Source: Acidobacteriota bacterium (GTDB lineage: Bacteria > Acidobacteriota > Vicinamibacteria > Vicinamibacterales > UBA2999). Taken from it: 64,000 nucleotides of DNA. The translations under genes were made by a program, and so were the position numbers. The stretch spans positions 543 through 64,542 of the forward strand of contig JBFMCA010000011.1 in assembly GCA_040754955.1 (NCBI GenBank), in the 5' to 3' direction. The notes under the pieces were generated by a model. It searched no databases. It was not told where the DNA came from and saw only the letters and a program-made list of their open reading frames with translations. Positions 55,751-64,000 of the stretch are shown here, piece by piece (position 1 is the first letter of the stretch; the number at the start of each line of letters is the position of its first letter).

Positions 55751-58700
55751 TCAGTTGAACCGCTCCGCCCGCTTGACCCACTTCTCCAGGTCCTTCTCCT
55801 TGGGGTTGAGCGGCGTGCCGGGGTGGATGATGCCCACCGGACACTTCTCGGCGGCCATGACGATCTCGCGGAAGGTACCCGCGGAGGCATCCTTGATGTA
55901 CGCCTGCTTCTTCTCGTTGTAGGCGAACAGGCGCTTGTTGAGGTTCGTGCACTCGTTGCACGCCGTGCAGAGCTCCGAATCGATGTACGGCTCGAGGCCC
56001 ACGCCCTCGTCGTCTGCGGCCGCGGGCGGGGCCACGGCCGGGCTGGCCGCACCCGCCGCGGCAGCCGGCGCCGGTGCCGGCGCCCCCGCGGGCACGACGG
56101 GCGAGGGCGGCGGGGCCGCCGTGCCGCCGCCGTTCCCGCGGCCCAGGTCCACCTTTCCGAGCGGCTCCAGGTTCCGCATCTCCTGGACGCGGCGGAGCAG
56201 GTCGGCGATTGTCTCCTGGCCGTTCGCGGTGGCGCGCACCAGACCCTCGGCCATGCGTCGCGCCACGACGGCGGGATACCTGGTGCGCAGGTCGGCCACC
56301 GTCGCGGCATGCGCCGCCTCGAGCGCCGCGATCTCGGTTCCGAGAGTCGCCTGGACGTCGGCGGCGATGCGTTCGCGGATGGCCGGGGGCACGTCGAGCC
56401 CTGCCATGTGCCGCAACTGCTGCCAGAGAGACACGCGATCGTCCGCCAGCTCGACGATCTCGCGCGACGCCGCGAGCCGCACCAGGTGCCCGTCGCAGTC
56501 GCGGGCGTGGATGAACGGAATGCGGCCCTCGCGCTCGGCCGGCGACGCCGCCACGTACTCGTCGAAGCGCATGAGCGCCGCCGGATCCGCGTCGTCGGCG
56601 ACCACCTTGAAGTGCTTCCTGAAGCGCGACTCGGTGGCCGCCCAGTCGGCGATGGTCACGGGAAGCGTGAGCACCTGCGTCGCGCCGTCATTGTCGGTGT
56701 AGCGGAGGTCGTAGGTGGGCCACACCTCGTCGACCATGGGGTTGCCGTCGAGGCTCAGGCGATCGGCGAGATGCTTTCCGGCCGCTGGGTCGTACACCAG
56801 GAGCGGGAACGCGCGCGCTTCGAGGGCCAACCGGGCGGCGTCGGTCGCCGCGTCGTCGCCCAGGCCGTGCTCGGGCGGACACGGACAGTTGAGCACGAAG
56901 ACCGCCGGGTACCGCGACTGCAGCCCGCGCAGCACGCCCCCCAGCAGGTGCGACGGCGCCGCCTGGGACGACTGCACAAGGAACACGTTGCGGTGGGCGA
57001 TGGCCAGGAGCGCAAGCTCCTTCCGCGTCTCGGTCTTGCCGTGCTGGGCGCGGCCCCAGGCCGCCATGTCGCTCACCTGGCCGGTGAAGCCGCTCGTGCA
57101 CGCCTGCCCGCCGGTGTTCGAATAGACCTGCGTGTCGAGCACGACGACCCGGACCGGCTTGCCCGAGGCCAGGAGCCGCGACAGGTTCTGGAAGCCGATG
57201 TCCAGCATCGCGCCGTCACCGCCCACCGCGAGGATGGGCGGACACATCGCGAACTCCTCGTCGGTGAACTGGTGCCAGTCGAACCGGCCGAAGAACCCGT
57301 CGTGCTCGGCCGGGTCGTACCTGCCCTCGAGTTCGAGCTCGGCCCTGCGGACGGCGGAGAACCCGATCGCCATCTTGCGCATGTGCCCTTCGAACAGGCC
57401 GATCGCAATCGACGGCGCGTCCTGGAACAGGTGGTTGACCCACGGGAAGGGGTACGGGTTGTAGGGATACGTGCTGCCCCAGACCGACGAGCATCCCGTG
57501 GCGTTCGCGATGCCAGTGGTTGCGCGGCCCTTGCCGCTCGGTCCTTCGACGTACCGCCACCGGAGGTCCTTCAGCTCCTCGAGCAGGCGGGCGAGGCGGT
57601 CTACCTCGGCCTGCTTGGCCGGCGCCAGCGGGATATCGACGCGCCCGGCCGACGGCCGGTGTGTCTTCCCGACGGAGGCCAGCGACGCGTCGGACGCGAG
57701 CAGGCCGCGGGCCTTTCTGTCGAGCTCCGCGATGAGCGTGTCGAGTCGCTCCACGTAGCGCTTCACGCGCGGCAGCATCGTCGCATTGATGGCCGACACG
57801 ACGAGGTGCATGACGGTCTTCTCGCCGCAGCCCATGCAGGCGCCGTCGCCGCCCACCATGGAGCGGTAGTTGCGCTGCTTGAGCAGCAACGAGGACAGCA
57901 CGCCGATGCCCTCGTCCACGCTCGCGACGTTCACGTAGCGGTCGTGGGTCTCGGGCAGGAACTGCCAGAGGTGCCAGTTCCGCCGGAGCTTCTCGACCAC
58001 CTCGTCGGTCTGCTTGACGGTCGTGAGCGCCCCGTCAGGGCAGACGCGCACGCAGATGTTGCAGCCTTTGCACGCGTCGGGGTTGACGGTGATGGACAGC
58101 AGACCACCCGTCCCCTTCTCCTTCGACTCGGGCACGTCGAAGAAGGGCGCGGTCTTGGCGAGCGGGAACTCGGCCAGCGCGGAGTACACCGGCGCGAACT
58201 CGGCGTCCAGCGCGTGCCGGCGTTCCGGGTCCATGCCCAGCTTGCCGACCACCGTGTCGTAGGCGCCCGACACCACCTGGCCGAACGTCGTGAAGGGCAC
58301 GCCCTTCAGCGTCCGACGGACCTCGGCGGCGAGCGGCTTCAGGATCTGGCGCACCCGGTCCCGTCGCCGCCCGTTCTCGGACGACCGCACGGCGGCCTCG
58401 AGCACCTCGACGACGTCGCTGACCACGCCGGGAATGGCGGCGTCGGGACACTGCACCCAGCACTGGCTGCATCCCGTGCACTTGTCCGGAATGAACTCCG
58501 GGACCTCGAAGCGGACGTTCGTCATGTCGCGGATGGTGCTGGTGGCGGCCGGCATGGCCGAGATCGCCGCGTACGGATCGGCAATGCCGTCCTCGCCCAT
58601 CTTGCAGAGGACGCAGACCTGCTCCCAGAACCGGCCCCCGTGGCCGATGCCGTGCGCGACGTCGGTCCCGCCGAGGGTGGCCGGCATCTGGGGCACGGTG

Positions 58701-60847
58701 CCCACATAGGCGTCCCCGTCGAGCGTCAACGTGGCGGCATCCACCTCCACCAGCTCGTCGTAGCCGCGCCGGATGACGCGGACGTTGTCCTCGACGACCT
58801 TCTCGCCGAGGTGACCGAACTTCTTCTGCAGCTGCCGGCGAATCCCGTCGAAGATCGTCCGCTCGTCGAGCTTCTCGGCCTTGGCGAGCGGGGACGCGCG
58901 GAAGAACGCGCCCATGAACGCTGCACCCTGCATGCGGTACCTGAGCTCGGGATCGCTGGCCTCGTCGCTGGCGATCTTGAACCCGTCGATGAGGCAGAAG
59001 GTGTACCGGTGGTCGATGATGCGCTTGCGCGCCCACGGCGGGAGACTCCGCCAGACCTCCGCGACGGGCCGGTCGCCCTGCATGATGAACACGCCGCCAT
59101 CCTGCAGGCCGGCCAGCGGGTCGGAGTGCTTGAAGACGTTGGGATCGGGCGACAGCACCACGGAGACGAACTTCAGCTCGGCGTTGACCCGGATCGGCTC
59201 GCGCGCGAGCGTGGCGTAGAAGGTCGTCGGCTGCCCCTTCTTCTCGGACCCGTACTTCGGATTGGCCTGGATATGCAGGCCGCAGAGGTCGGCGGCCGTC
59301 TGCGCCAGGTTCTTGCCGGTCGTGATCGCGCCCCAGCCGCCGACCGAGTGGATGCGGATGGAGATCGCGCCCGGCGGCAGGAGGTTCACGGGCGCGGCCG
59401 GCCGCAGCGACAGCTCGCCCAGCTGCGGGTACGACTCGAGCAGATCCTCCTGCCAGATCTGCAGCTTCGGAAACCGCGTCTCGGGCCGCACGAAGTCGAT
59501 GCCCAGGTAGAACTGCCGGCGCCGGGCGCCGCCCTCGAGCATGTTGTCGACGGCGGCGACGAGATCGGCCGGCTGCAGATCGCGGCTGCCAAGGCCGAAG
59601 CAGCCGGAGAAGAACGCCGGCATCTGCTGCGGGCGGCAGGCCGCCAGCCCGGGGTACGGCGGCGAGGCAGGCGTCCGGCCGTTCTCGAGCGCCTTGTACA
59701 TGGCCGCGCGGATCTCCCTGAGCAGCGGCAGGTCGACCGCCAGCGGCTGGTCGGTCCGCTCGAGCACCGTCACGCCGCGCTTCCCGGCGAGCATCGCCGT
59801 AATCAGGTCGGCCGGGAACGGCCGGAACATCGTGACGTTGAGCACGCCGACCCGCAGCTTGCGGGTCGCGCGCAGGTGGTCGACCACCGCCTCGCAGTTC
59901 GGAACCACGCTGCCCTGGCCGACGAGCACCCACTCCGCATCCTCCAGGCGGTAGCCCGCGGCGCGCGCGTACATGCGGCCCGTGAGCGCCGCGTACTCGG
60001 CCATCGCCCGATCGGCAAGCTCGGGAAGATGGTCGAAGTAGAAGGGGCGCTGCGCCGCCACGCCCTGCGCGTAGCTGTCCTGGTTCTGCACCACGCCCAG
60101 CATGGCCGGGTAGTCCAGGTTGAACAGCTCGGGCACACGCCGGCGCTGCCTGCCGAACACCCAGCGCTGCGCCGGCGTGGGCGATTCGATGAGGTCCGCC
60201 GGATCGCCCAGGTACTCGCGCACGAGCTCGCGTTCCGGCATGGCCATCGTCTCGATCACGTGGCTCGTCAGGAACCCGTCCTGGGCGAGGATGCCCGGGT
60301 TGAGCGAGAGCTCCGCGATGCGGTGGGCAACCAGGTTCAGGTCGGCCGCTTCCTGGACATTCTTGGCGAACAGCTGGAAGAACCCGGTGTCGTCGACGGC
60401 GTGGTAGTCGTCGTGGCCGGCATGGACGTTGAGCGCGTGCTTGGTGATGGCCCGGGCGGCGATGTTCAGGACGTAGGTGAGGCGCTTGCCCACCGCGGCG
60501 TAAAGCGACTCGTGCATGTAGACGATGCCCTGCCCGCTCGAGAAGTTCGTCGCGCGCAGCCCCGTCATGCTCATCCCGGCGGTGACCGCAGCCGCCGCGT
60601 GCTCGCCCTCCGGCTCGAAGAACAGCAGCGACCGACCGTGCACGTTCAGCGTGCCGGCGGCGACGGCCTGCGCCCACCCCTCGCCCATCTGCGTGGACGG
60701 CGTGATCGGGTACGCGCCGGCGCCCTCGCTGGCGGCCGTCTCCATCTCGACGATGGCGCCGCTGCCGTCGGTGGCCGTCCGGACACCCGGATACTTGGGA
60801 GCCTGGCGTCCGGCCGCCGGGGGCCGCGCCGTCGCAGTCGTGATCAT
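55751..60847 (-). CDS. por: Pyruvate:ferredoxin (flavodoxin) oxidoreductase, unusually large (1698 aa), with a Pro/Ala linker and C-terminal single-cluster ferredoxin domain
   Basis: YPITPST (domain I), SVGGWGAITTGKNL (domain III), CTGCSQCWVQCP and CKGCNICVRVCP (ferredoxin domain), and GGDGAMLDIGFQNL (TPP) are present. The C-terminus carries CTACNECT...CPVGII. The ATG at 60847 overlaps the rnfB stop (ATGA) and is preceded by GGAAGGAG. Confidence 0.9.
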   Translation of the reverse strand: MITTATARPPAAGRQAPKYPGVRTATDGSGAIVEMETAASEGAGAYPITPSTQMGEGWAQAVAAGTLNVHGRSLLFFEPEGEHAAAAVTAGMSMTGLRATNFSSGQGIVYMHESLYAAVGKRLTYVLNIAARAITKHALNVHAGHDDYHAVDDTGFFQLFAKNVQEAADLNLVAHRIAELSLNPGILAQDGFLTSHVIETMAMPERELVREYLGDPADLIESPTPAQRWVFGRQRRRVPELFNLDYPAMLGVVQNQDSYAQGVAAQRPFYFDHLPELADRAMAEYAALTGRMYARAAGYRLEDAEWVLVGQGSVVPNCEAVVDHLRATRKLRVGVLNVTMFRPFPADLITAMLAGKRGVTVLERTDQPLAVDLPLLREIRAAMYKALENGRTPASPPYPGLAACRPQQMPAFFSGCFGLGSRDLQPADLVAAVDNMLEGGARRRQFYLGIDFVRPETRFPKLQIWQEDLLESYPQLGELSLRPAAPVNLLPPGAISIRIHSVGGWGAITTGKNLAQTAADLCGLHIQANPKYGSEKKGQPTTFYATLAREPIRVNAELKFVSVVLSPDPNVFKHSDPLAGLQDGGVFIMQGDRPVAEVWRSLPPWARKRIIDHRYTFCLIDGFKIASDEASDPELRYRMQGAAFMGAFFRASPLAKAEKLDERTIFDGIRRQLQKKFGHLGEKVVEDNVRVIRRGYDELVEVDAATLTLDGDAYVGTVPQMPATLGGTDVAHGIGHGGRFWEQVCVLCKMGEDGIADPYAAISAMPAATSTIRDMTNVRFEVPEFIPDKCTGCSQCWVQCPDAAIPGVVSDVVEVLEAAVRSSENGRRRDRVRQILKPLAAEVRRTLKGVPFTTFGQVVSGAYDTVVGKLGMDPERRHALDAEFAPVYSALAEFPLAKTAPFFDVPESKEKGTGGLLSITVNPDACKGCNICVRVCPDGALTTVKQTDEVVEKLRRNWHLWQFLPETHDRYVNVASVDEGIGVLSSLLLKQRNYRSMVGGDGACMGCGEKTVMHLVVSAINATMLPRVKRYVERLDTLIAELDRKARGLLASDASLASVGKTHRPSAGRVDIPLAPAKQAEVDRLARLLEELKDLRWRYVEGPSGKGRATTGIANATGCSSVWGSTYPYNPYPFPWVNHLFQDAPSIAIGLFEGHMRKMAIGFSAVRRAELELEGRYDPAEHDGFFGRFDWHQFTDEEFAMCPPILAVGGDGAMLDIGFQNLSRLLASGKPVRVVVLDTQVYSNTGGQACTSGFTGQVSDMAAWGRAQHGKTETRKELALLAIAHRNVFLVQSSQAAPSHLLGGVLRGLQSRYPAVFVLNCPCPPEHGLGDDAATDAARLALEARAFPLLVYDPAAGKHLADRLSLDGNPMVDEVWPTYDLRYTDNDGATQVLTLPVTIADWAATESRFRKHFKVVADDADPAALMRFDEYVAASPAEREGRIPFIHARDCDGHLVRLAASREIVELADDRVSLWQQLRHMAGLDVPPAIRERIAADVQATLGTEIAALEAAHAATVADLRTRYPAVVARRMAEGLVRATANGQETIADLLRRVQEMRNLEPLGKVDLGRGNGGGTAAPPPSPVVPAGAPAPAPAAAAGAASPAVAPPAAADDEGVGLEPYIDSELCTACNECTNLNKRLFAYNEKKQAYIKDASAGTFREIVMAAEKCPVGIIHPGTPLNPKEKDLEKWVKRAERFN

Positions 60848-61707
60848 CGTCCGGCTCCTTCCAACACGGTGGCGAGGCGCGCGCGTCCGAGCTGCTGCGC
60901 GCCGTCGACCCACACGATCGCGCCCGTCGGACAGCGCCGGATGGCGTCCGGCGAGGCCGCGGCGTTCCTGGAGTAGTCGATCACCGCGAGCCCGCTCTCG
61001 ATGCTGATGAGGTTCGGCGCGCCGTCGGCGGCGCACCGGCCGCACCCGTTGCACGCCACGGCGCACACGCCGGTGGCCGCCTCGCCGTCGAGCAGGTTGC
61101 GGCACTGCACCAGCAGATGCTGGTCGGTCGGCATCAGCGTGAACAGGTCCTTGGGACAGGCCTCCACGCAGTCGTTGCAGGCCGTGCACCTTTCGGGGAT
61201 CACGACCGGCAGGCCGACGTCGTTCATGTAGATCGCGTCGAAGTCGCAGGCCTCCCGGCAGTCCGCGAGGCCGAGGCAGCCCCACGTGCACGCCTTACCG
61301 CCGCCGGCCACGGCGGCCGCGGCCCGGCACGTCTGAAGGCCCACGTAATCGGCCCGGTGCGGCGCGACGTCCGAGCCGCCGGCACAGAGCAGCCGCGCGA
61401 CCCGGGGCGTCGCAGCGCCGACGTCGACCCCGAGATAGCCCGCGATGTCCTCGCGCATGTCGGGTGACGCGACGGTGCAGTTGGCCGGCTGGATCGCGCC
61501 GGCGACGAGCTGCTCGGCAAAGGCCCGGCACCCGGCCAGACCGCAGGCGCCGCAGTTGTTGCCGGGGAGGAGGCCGGCCACGGCGTCGATGCGCGGATCC
61601 TCCCAGACGTACAGCTTGGTGCGCGCCACGGCGATGGCCGCCGCGAAGACGGTGCCGACGCCGCCGAGGATGGCGGCAGACACCACGAAGGCGGACACAT
61701 CAGGCAC
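60844..61707 (-). CDS. rnfB: Rnf electron transport complex subunit B
   Basis: It has an N-terminal TM, LPGNNCGACGLAGCRAFAEQL, CTWGCLGLADC, and 4Fe-4S ferredoxin motifs (CTACNDCVEACP, CNGCGRCAADG...CPTGAI). Confidence 0.88.
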   Translation of the reverse strand: MPDVSAFVVSAAILGGVGTVFAAAIAVARTKLYVWEDPRIDAVAGLLPGNNCGACGLAGCRAFAEQLVAGAIQPANCTVASPDMREDIAGYLGVDVGAATPRVARLLCAGGSDVAPHRADYVGLQTCRAAAAVAGGGKACTWGCLGLADCREACDFDAIYMNDVGLPVVIPERCTACNDCVEACPKDLFTLMPTDQHLLVQCRNLLDGEAATGVCAVACNGCGRCAADGAPNLISIESGLAVIDYSRNAAASPDAIRRCPTGAIVWVDGAQQLGRARLATVLEGAGR

Positions 61708-61719
61708 CGGTCAGCCTCC

Positions 61720-62712
61720 TCAGAGGTCGGCCTGCTGCAGCAGCCAGGCCGCGAGCTTGTCGACCGGGTCCGCCGCCTCGGCCGCGGGCAGGGGCGGCGC
61801 CGGAGCGGCGGTTGCGACCCCGCCGGCGTGCAGCGCGCGCAGCTGCTCGAGCTCCTCGGTCTGCTGCGCGACCGTGACACCGCCGCTTCGCTTGCGGTGA
61901 TTCAGCTCGGGCATCTGCAGCTCGCCCAGCCGCACCCCCAGCGTCGCGCCAGCCGCGGGGTCGTGCACGAACCGGGCGGAGCGCTCGGAGACGAGCGCGA
62001 CGATGCCCGGCCCGCTCCAGGCGGCCAGCCGGGCGACCACCGACGCGTCGGCCGCCTGCGCGACGAACGTCCGCGGCGTGACCAGCCGCACCAGCGGCGC
62101 CGGGCTCGTGTCGCCGCGCGCCACGAGCACGATTCGCATGCCGCCGTCGAGGCACTCGGCCAGGCCCGCGGGGCGGAGGTCTGTGCCGTCTACTTCAATC
62201 ACGAGAGGTGGCGCCACCGCGCGCTCAGCCTGGCTCCACAGCGTGAACGGGAACCGGATGAGCCAGCCGTCGTGGTCGGACGGCCGGTACCGGCCGCTCC
62301 GCGCCGCGTCGGCGACCCGGGCGGCCCCGATGCCCCGTCCGAGGTCGGCCAGCCGTTCCATCGTGGCGGTGTACAGCGACTCGCCCGGCGCCACATCGAG
62401 CACGAAGCCCTCGTCGCCGCGGGCGGCGACTGCGGCCAGCGCCTCGAGCGCGCGGGCCATCACGGCGTGCACCGCGGGCGAGGCCGCCGGCTCGACCCCA
62501 AGCACGCCGGCCAGCCGCTGCACGTCGATGTGCCTGGCGCCCAGGGGTCCGAGCTCGGCGGCGAGCACGGCCAGGCGGTCGTCGGCCGCCGCGCGGTGGG
62601 TGTCGAGGTAGACCCGCACGTCCTCGAGCGTCGCCGCCACGGCGGACCGGAAGGTTTCCCGAGGGCGCGTGAGCGCGGCCAACGCCGCGGCGGTGCGGGC
62701 ATCAGACGGCAT
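61720..62712 (-). CDS. Hypothetical protein (330 aa) between korB and rnfB
   Basis: The ORF has protein-like, Ala/Leu/Arg-rich composition and a single Cys. Its ATG at 62712 overlaps the korB 3' end by 11 nt, and its stop lies 12 nt before the rnfB start. I recognise no family. Confidence 0.6.
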   Translation of the reverse strand: MPSDARTAAALAALTRPRETFRSAVAATLEDVRVYLDTHRAAADDRLAVLAAELGPLGARHIDVQRLAGVLGVEPAASPAVHAVMARALEALAAVAARGDEGFVLDVAPGESLYTATMERLADLGRGIGAARVADAARSGRYRPSDHDGWLIRFPFTLWSQAERAVAPPLVIEVDGTDLRPAGLAECLDGGMRIVLVARGDTSPAPLVRLVTPRTFVAQAADASVVARLAAWSGPGIVALVSERSARFVHDPAAGATLGVRLGELQMPELNHRKRSGGVTVAQQTEELEQLRALHAGGVATAAPAPPLPAAEAADPVDKLAAWLLQQADL

Positions 62713-63652
62713 ACTTGTCGAACTCCTCGTTGAGCCGCGCGATCTTCTCGTGCGCCGTGTAGACGCGCTGCGCGCGCAGCTCCTCGTAGCGCTCACGCGA
62801 GTCGTCCTTGAAGAAGATGCCGAGGCGGATCTTCCCGGCGCCCTCGGCCAGGTGCCGCGCGACGTCGAGGTCCCGCGGATCGTGCACGCGCTTCTGGGTG
62901 TAGATGCGGTCCAGCTCCGGCGCCTCGACGCCGTCGGGATGCACCAGCATCTCGACGAGCTTCGGATTGCGGACCGCTTCCTGGTAGAGGTCGTCCGTGT
63001 ACTGAGGGCAGCGCTGGAGGATCCGGACGAACGAGAACCCGCGATGCCGGTACGCGGCCTGGATCGTCGCGAAGAGATGCGACGGAATCCAGTCGGCCGT
63101 CTGCGCCACGAACGACGCGTTCGAGATGCCCAGCGTCGCCGCCAGCGGGTTGAGGGGGATCAGGAAGCTTCCCTTTGGCTGCGTGTTGCTCGGGTAGTGC
63201 TGCGGCGTCGTCGGCGAGGTCTGGTTCTTCGTCAGCCCGTAGATGCCGTTGTCGAGCATCAGGGCGACCATCCGCACGTTGTAGCGGACCGCGTGGATCC
63301 AGTGGCCCGCGCCAATCGAACAGCAGTCGCCATCGCCCATCACGACGAACACGTGCAGGTCGGGCCGCCGCAGCCGGACGCCCGTCGCGATGGGCAGAGC
63401 CCGCCCATGAATGCCGTGGAAGCCGTAGGTGGTCAGGTAGTGCGGGAACCGGCTCGCGCAGCCGATGCCGGAGACGAACACCGTCTTTTCCGGCGGCAAT
63501 TGCTCCGCCTCGAGCAGGCGCTGCACCGCCGCCAGGATGGCGTGGTCGCCGCAGCCCGGACACCAGCGCGCGACCGCGCCGGTGTAGTCTTCCATGCTCC
63601 AGCTGCGGTCGTCGTCGACGTCGCAGCCGAGCAGCGAACACGACAGCGGCAT
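62702..63652 (-). CDS. korB: 2-oxoacid:ferredoxin oxidoreductase beta subunit (TPP-binding)
   Basis: WCPGCGDHAIL, GIGCASRFP and MGDGDCCSIGAGH are present. 316 aa. It has a TGATG overlap with the korA stop. Confidence 0.9.
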   Translation of the reverse strand: MPLSCSLLGCDVDDDRSWSMEDYTGAVARWCPGCGDHAILAAVQRLLEAEQLPPEKTVFVSGIGCASRFPHYLTTYGFHGIHGRALPIATGVRLRRPDLHVFVVMGDGDCCSIGAGHWIHAVRYNVRMVALMLDNGIYGLTKNQTSPTTPQHYPSNTQPKGSFLIPLNPLAATLGISNASFVAQTADWIPSHLFATIQAAYRHRGFSFVRILQRCPQYTDDLYQEAVRNPKLVEMLVHPDGVEAPELDRIYTQKRVHDPRDLDVARHLAEGAGKIRLGIFFKDDSRERYEELRAQRVYTAHEKIARLNEEFDKYAV

Positions 63653-64000
63653 CACGGCTGCCTCCCCGGCAACATGGACTTGATGCCGTCGTAGATGCTC
63701 CCGGGCCGCAGGGGCTGGCCCGGCACGCGGGTCCAGCAGTCCACGTCCACCAGCGCGTGGGCGCGCAGCAGCCAGGCGAGCTGCCCCATCCGGCGGTTCT
63801 CGGGCGTGATGTACGGATCGCCGAGCCGATCGGAGTAGTTGATCTCGACGGTCGCCACCTTGCGGAAGCGCCCGAAGATCTCCTTGAGGCCGGGCTCGAG
63901 CGGGGACAGGAAGCGAAGCTGCACGGACGACACGCGCAGCCCCTCGGCGCGGACCCGGTCCACCGCCTCTTCGATGGCCCCCTTGGTGGACCCCCATCCC
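63652..64000 (-). CDS. korA: 2-oxoacid:ferredoxin oxidoreductase alpha subunit, C-terminal part (5' end outside window)
   Basis: The frame is open to the window edge: ...WGSTKGAIEEAVDRVRAEGLRVSSVQLRFLSPLEPGLKEIFGRFRKVATVEINY... Confidence 0.85.
   Translation of the reverse strand, partial: GWGSTKGAIEEAVDRVRAEGLRVSSVQLRFLSPLEPGLKEIFGRFRKVATVEINYSDRLGDPYITPENRRMGQLAWLLRAHALVDVDCWTRVPGQPLRPGSIYDGIKSMLPGRQP

Noticed and set aside
55208-60976. A 1922-aa plus-strand ORF, with similar giants at 23574-26966(+), 46848-50249(-), 33496-37095(-, 5' part), 8079-10373(+) and 3292-4986(+)
   Set aside because: They are antisense or out-of-frame to genes with clear family signatures. Their Arg/Gly/Pro/Ala-dominated low-complexity translations are typical of stop-poor alternative frames in ~70% GC DNA.

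Overview
About 70% GC bacterial chromosomal DNA, densely coded, with roughly 60 genes and one tRNA. Start calls were made by reading the junctions. Many track ORFs are over-extended at the 5' end, and many long Arg/Pro/Ala-rich ORFs are antisense artefacts of the high GC content. The phylum is likely Acidobacteriota, an inference from a duplicated orphan MacB/FtsX (ADOP-type) permease, Tat-exported TldD/PmbA paralogues and a sortilin/BNR protein.

Content, left to right:
- BNR protein 3' end, two decayed genes, tRNA-Leu(UAA), DinB, and a 1051-aa sortilin/BNR protein.
- Gene debris, then a MATE exporter.
- A six-gene overlapping operon headed by a sigma54 response regulator (YtxH, YihY, YyaL/DUF255, enoyl-CoA hydratase, unknown).
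- A divergent leucine-catabolism (liu/mcc) operon with a zinc-ribbon gene at its head and a DUF4159 gene at its tail.
- ParDE-like and HicBA toxin-antitoxin modules.
- A TldD-PmbA-TldD trio.
- A MoxR-DUF58-BatA_N-DUF4175-like-membrane protein cluster.
- An ADOP permease, an MFS transporter and a K+ channel with two RCK domains.
- An outer-membrane-protein and secreted-protein pair, then VapBC.
- An orphan AmmeMemoRadiSam radical SAM enzyme, then pncA and NAPRTase.
- NIPSNAP, cupin, an acyl-CoA ligase, a heme-c/PHM-like fusion and an MBL hydrolase.

The most interesting region is 50.3-64 kb. It is a 12-gene, single-strand cluster: korAB, an unknown gene, rnfB, a 1698-aa PFOR, rnfCDGEA, a Cys-rich peptide and apbE. 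The PFOR interrupts the rnf operon and carries a Pro/Ala-tethered C-terminal ferredoxin domain.

Recurrent sequence-level signals:
- TAnnnT -10-like hexamers sit 5-10 nt from start codons, suggesting leaderless or near-leaderless mRNAs.
- NTGA start/stop overlaps are pervasive.
- A perfect 25-bp-arm nested palindrome lies at 33428-33484.
- A 16-nt x4 Shine-Dalgarno-like tandem repeat lies at 23415-23478.

No CRISPR array, rRNA or intact mobile element was seen.
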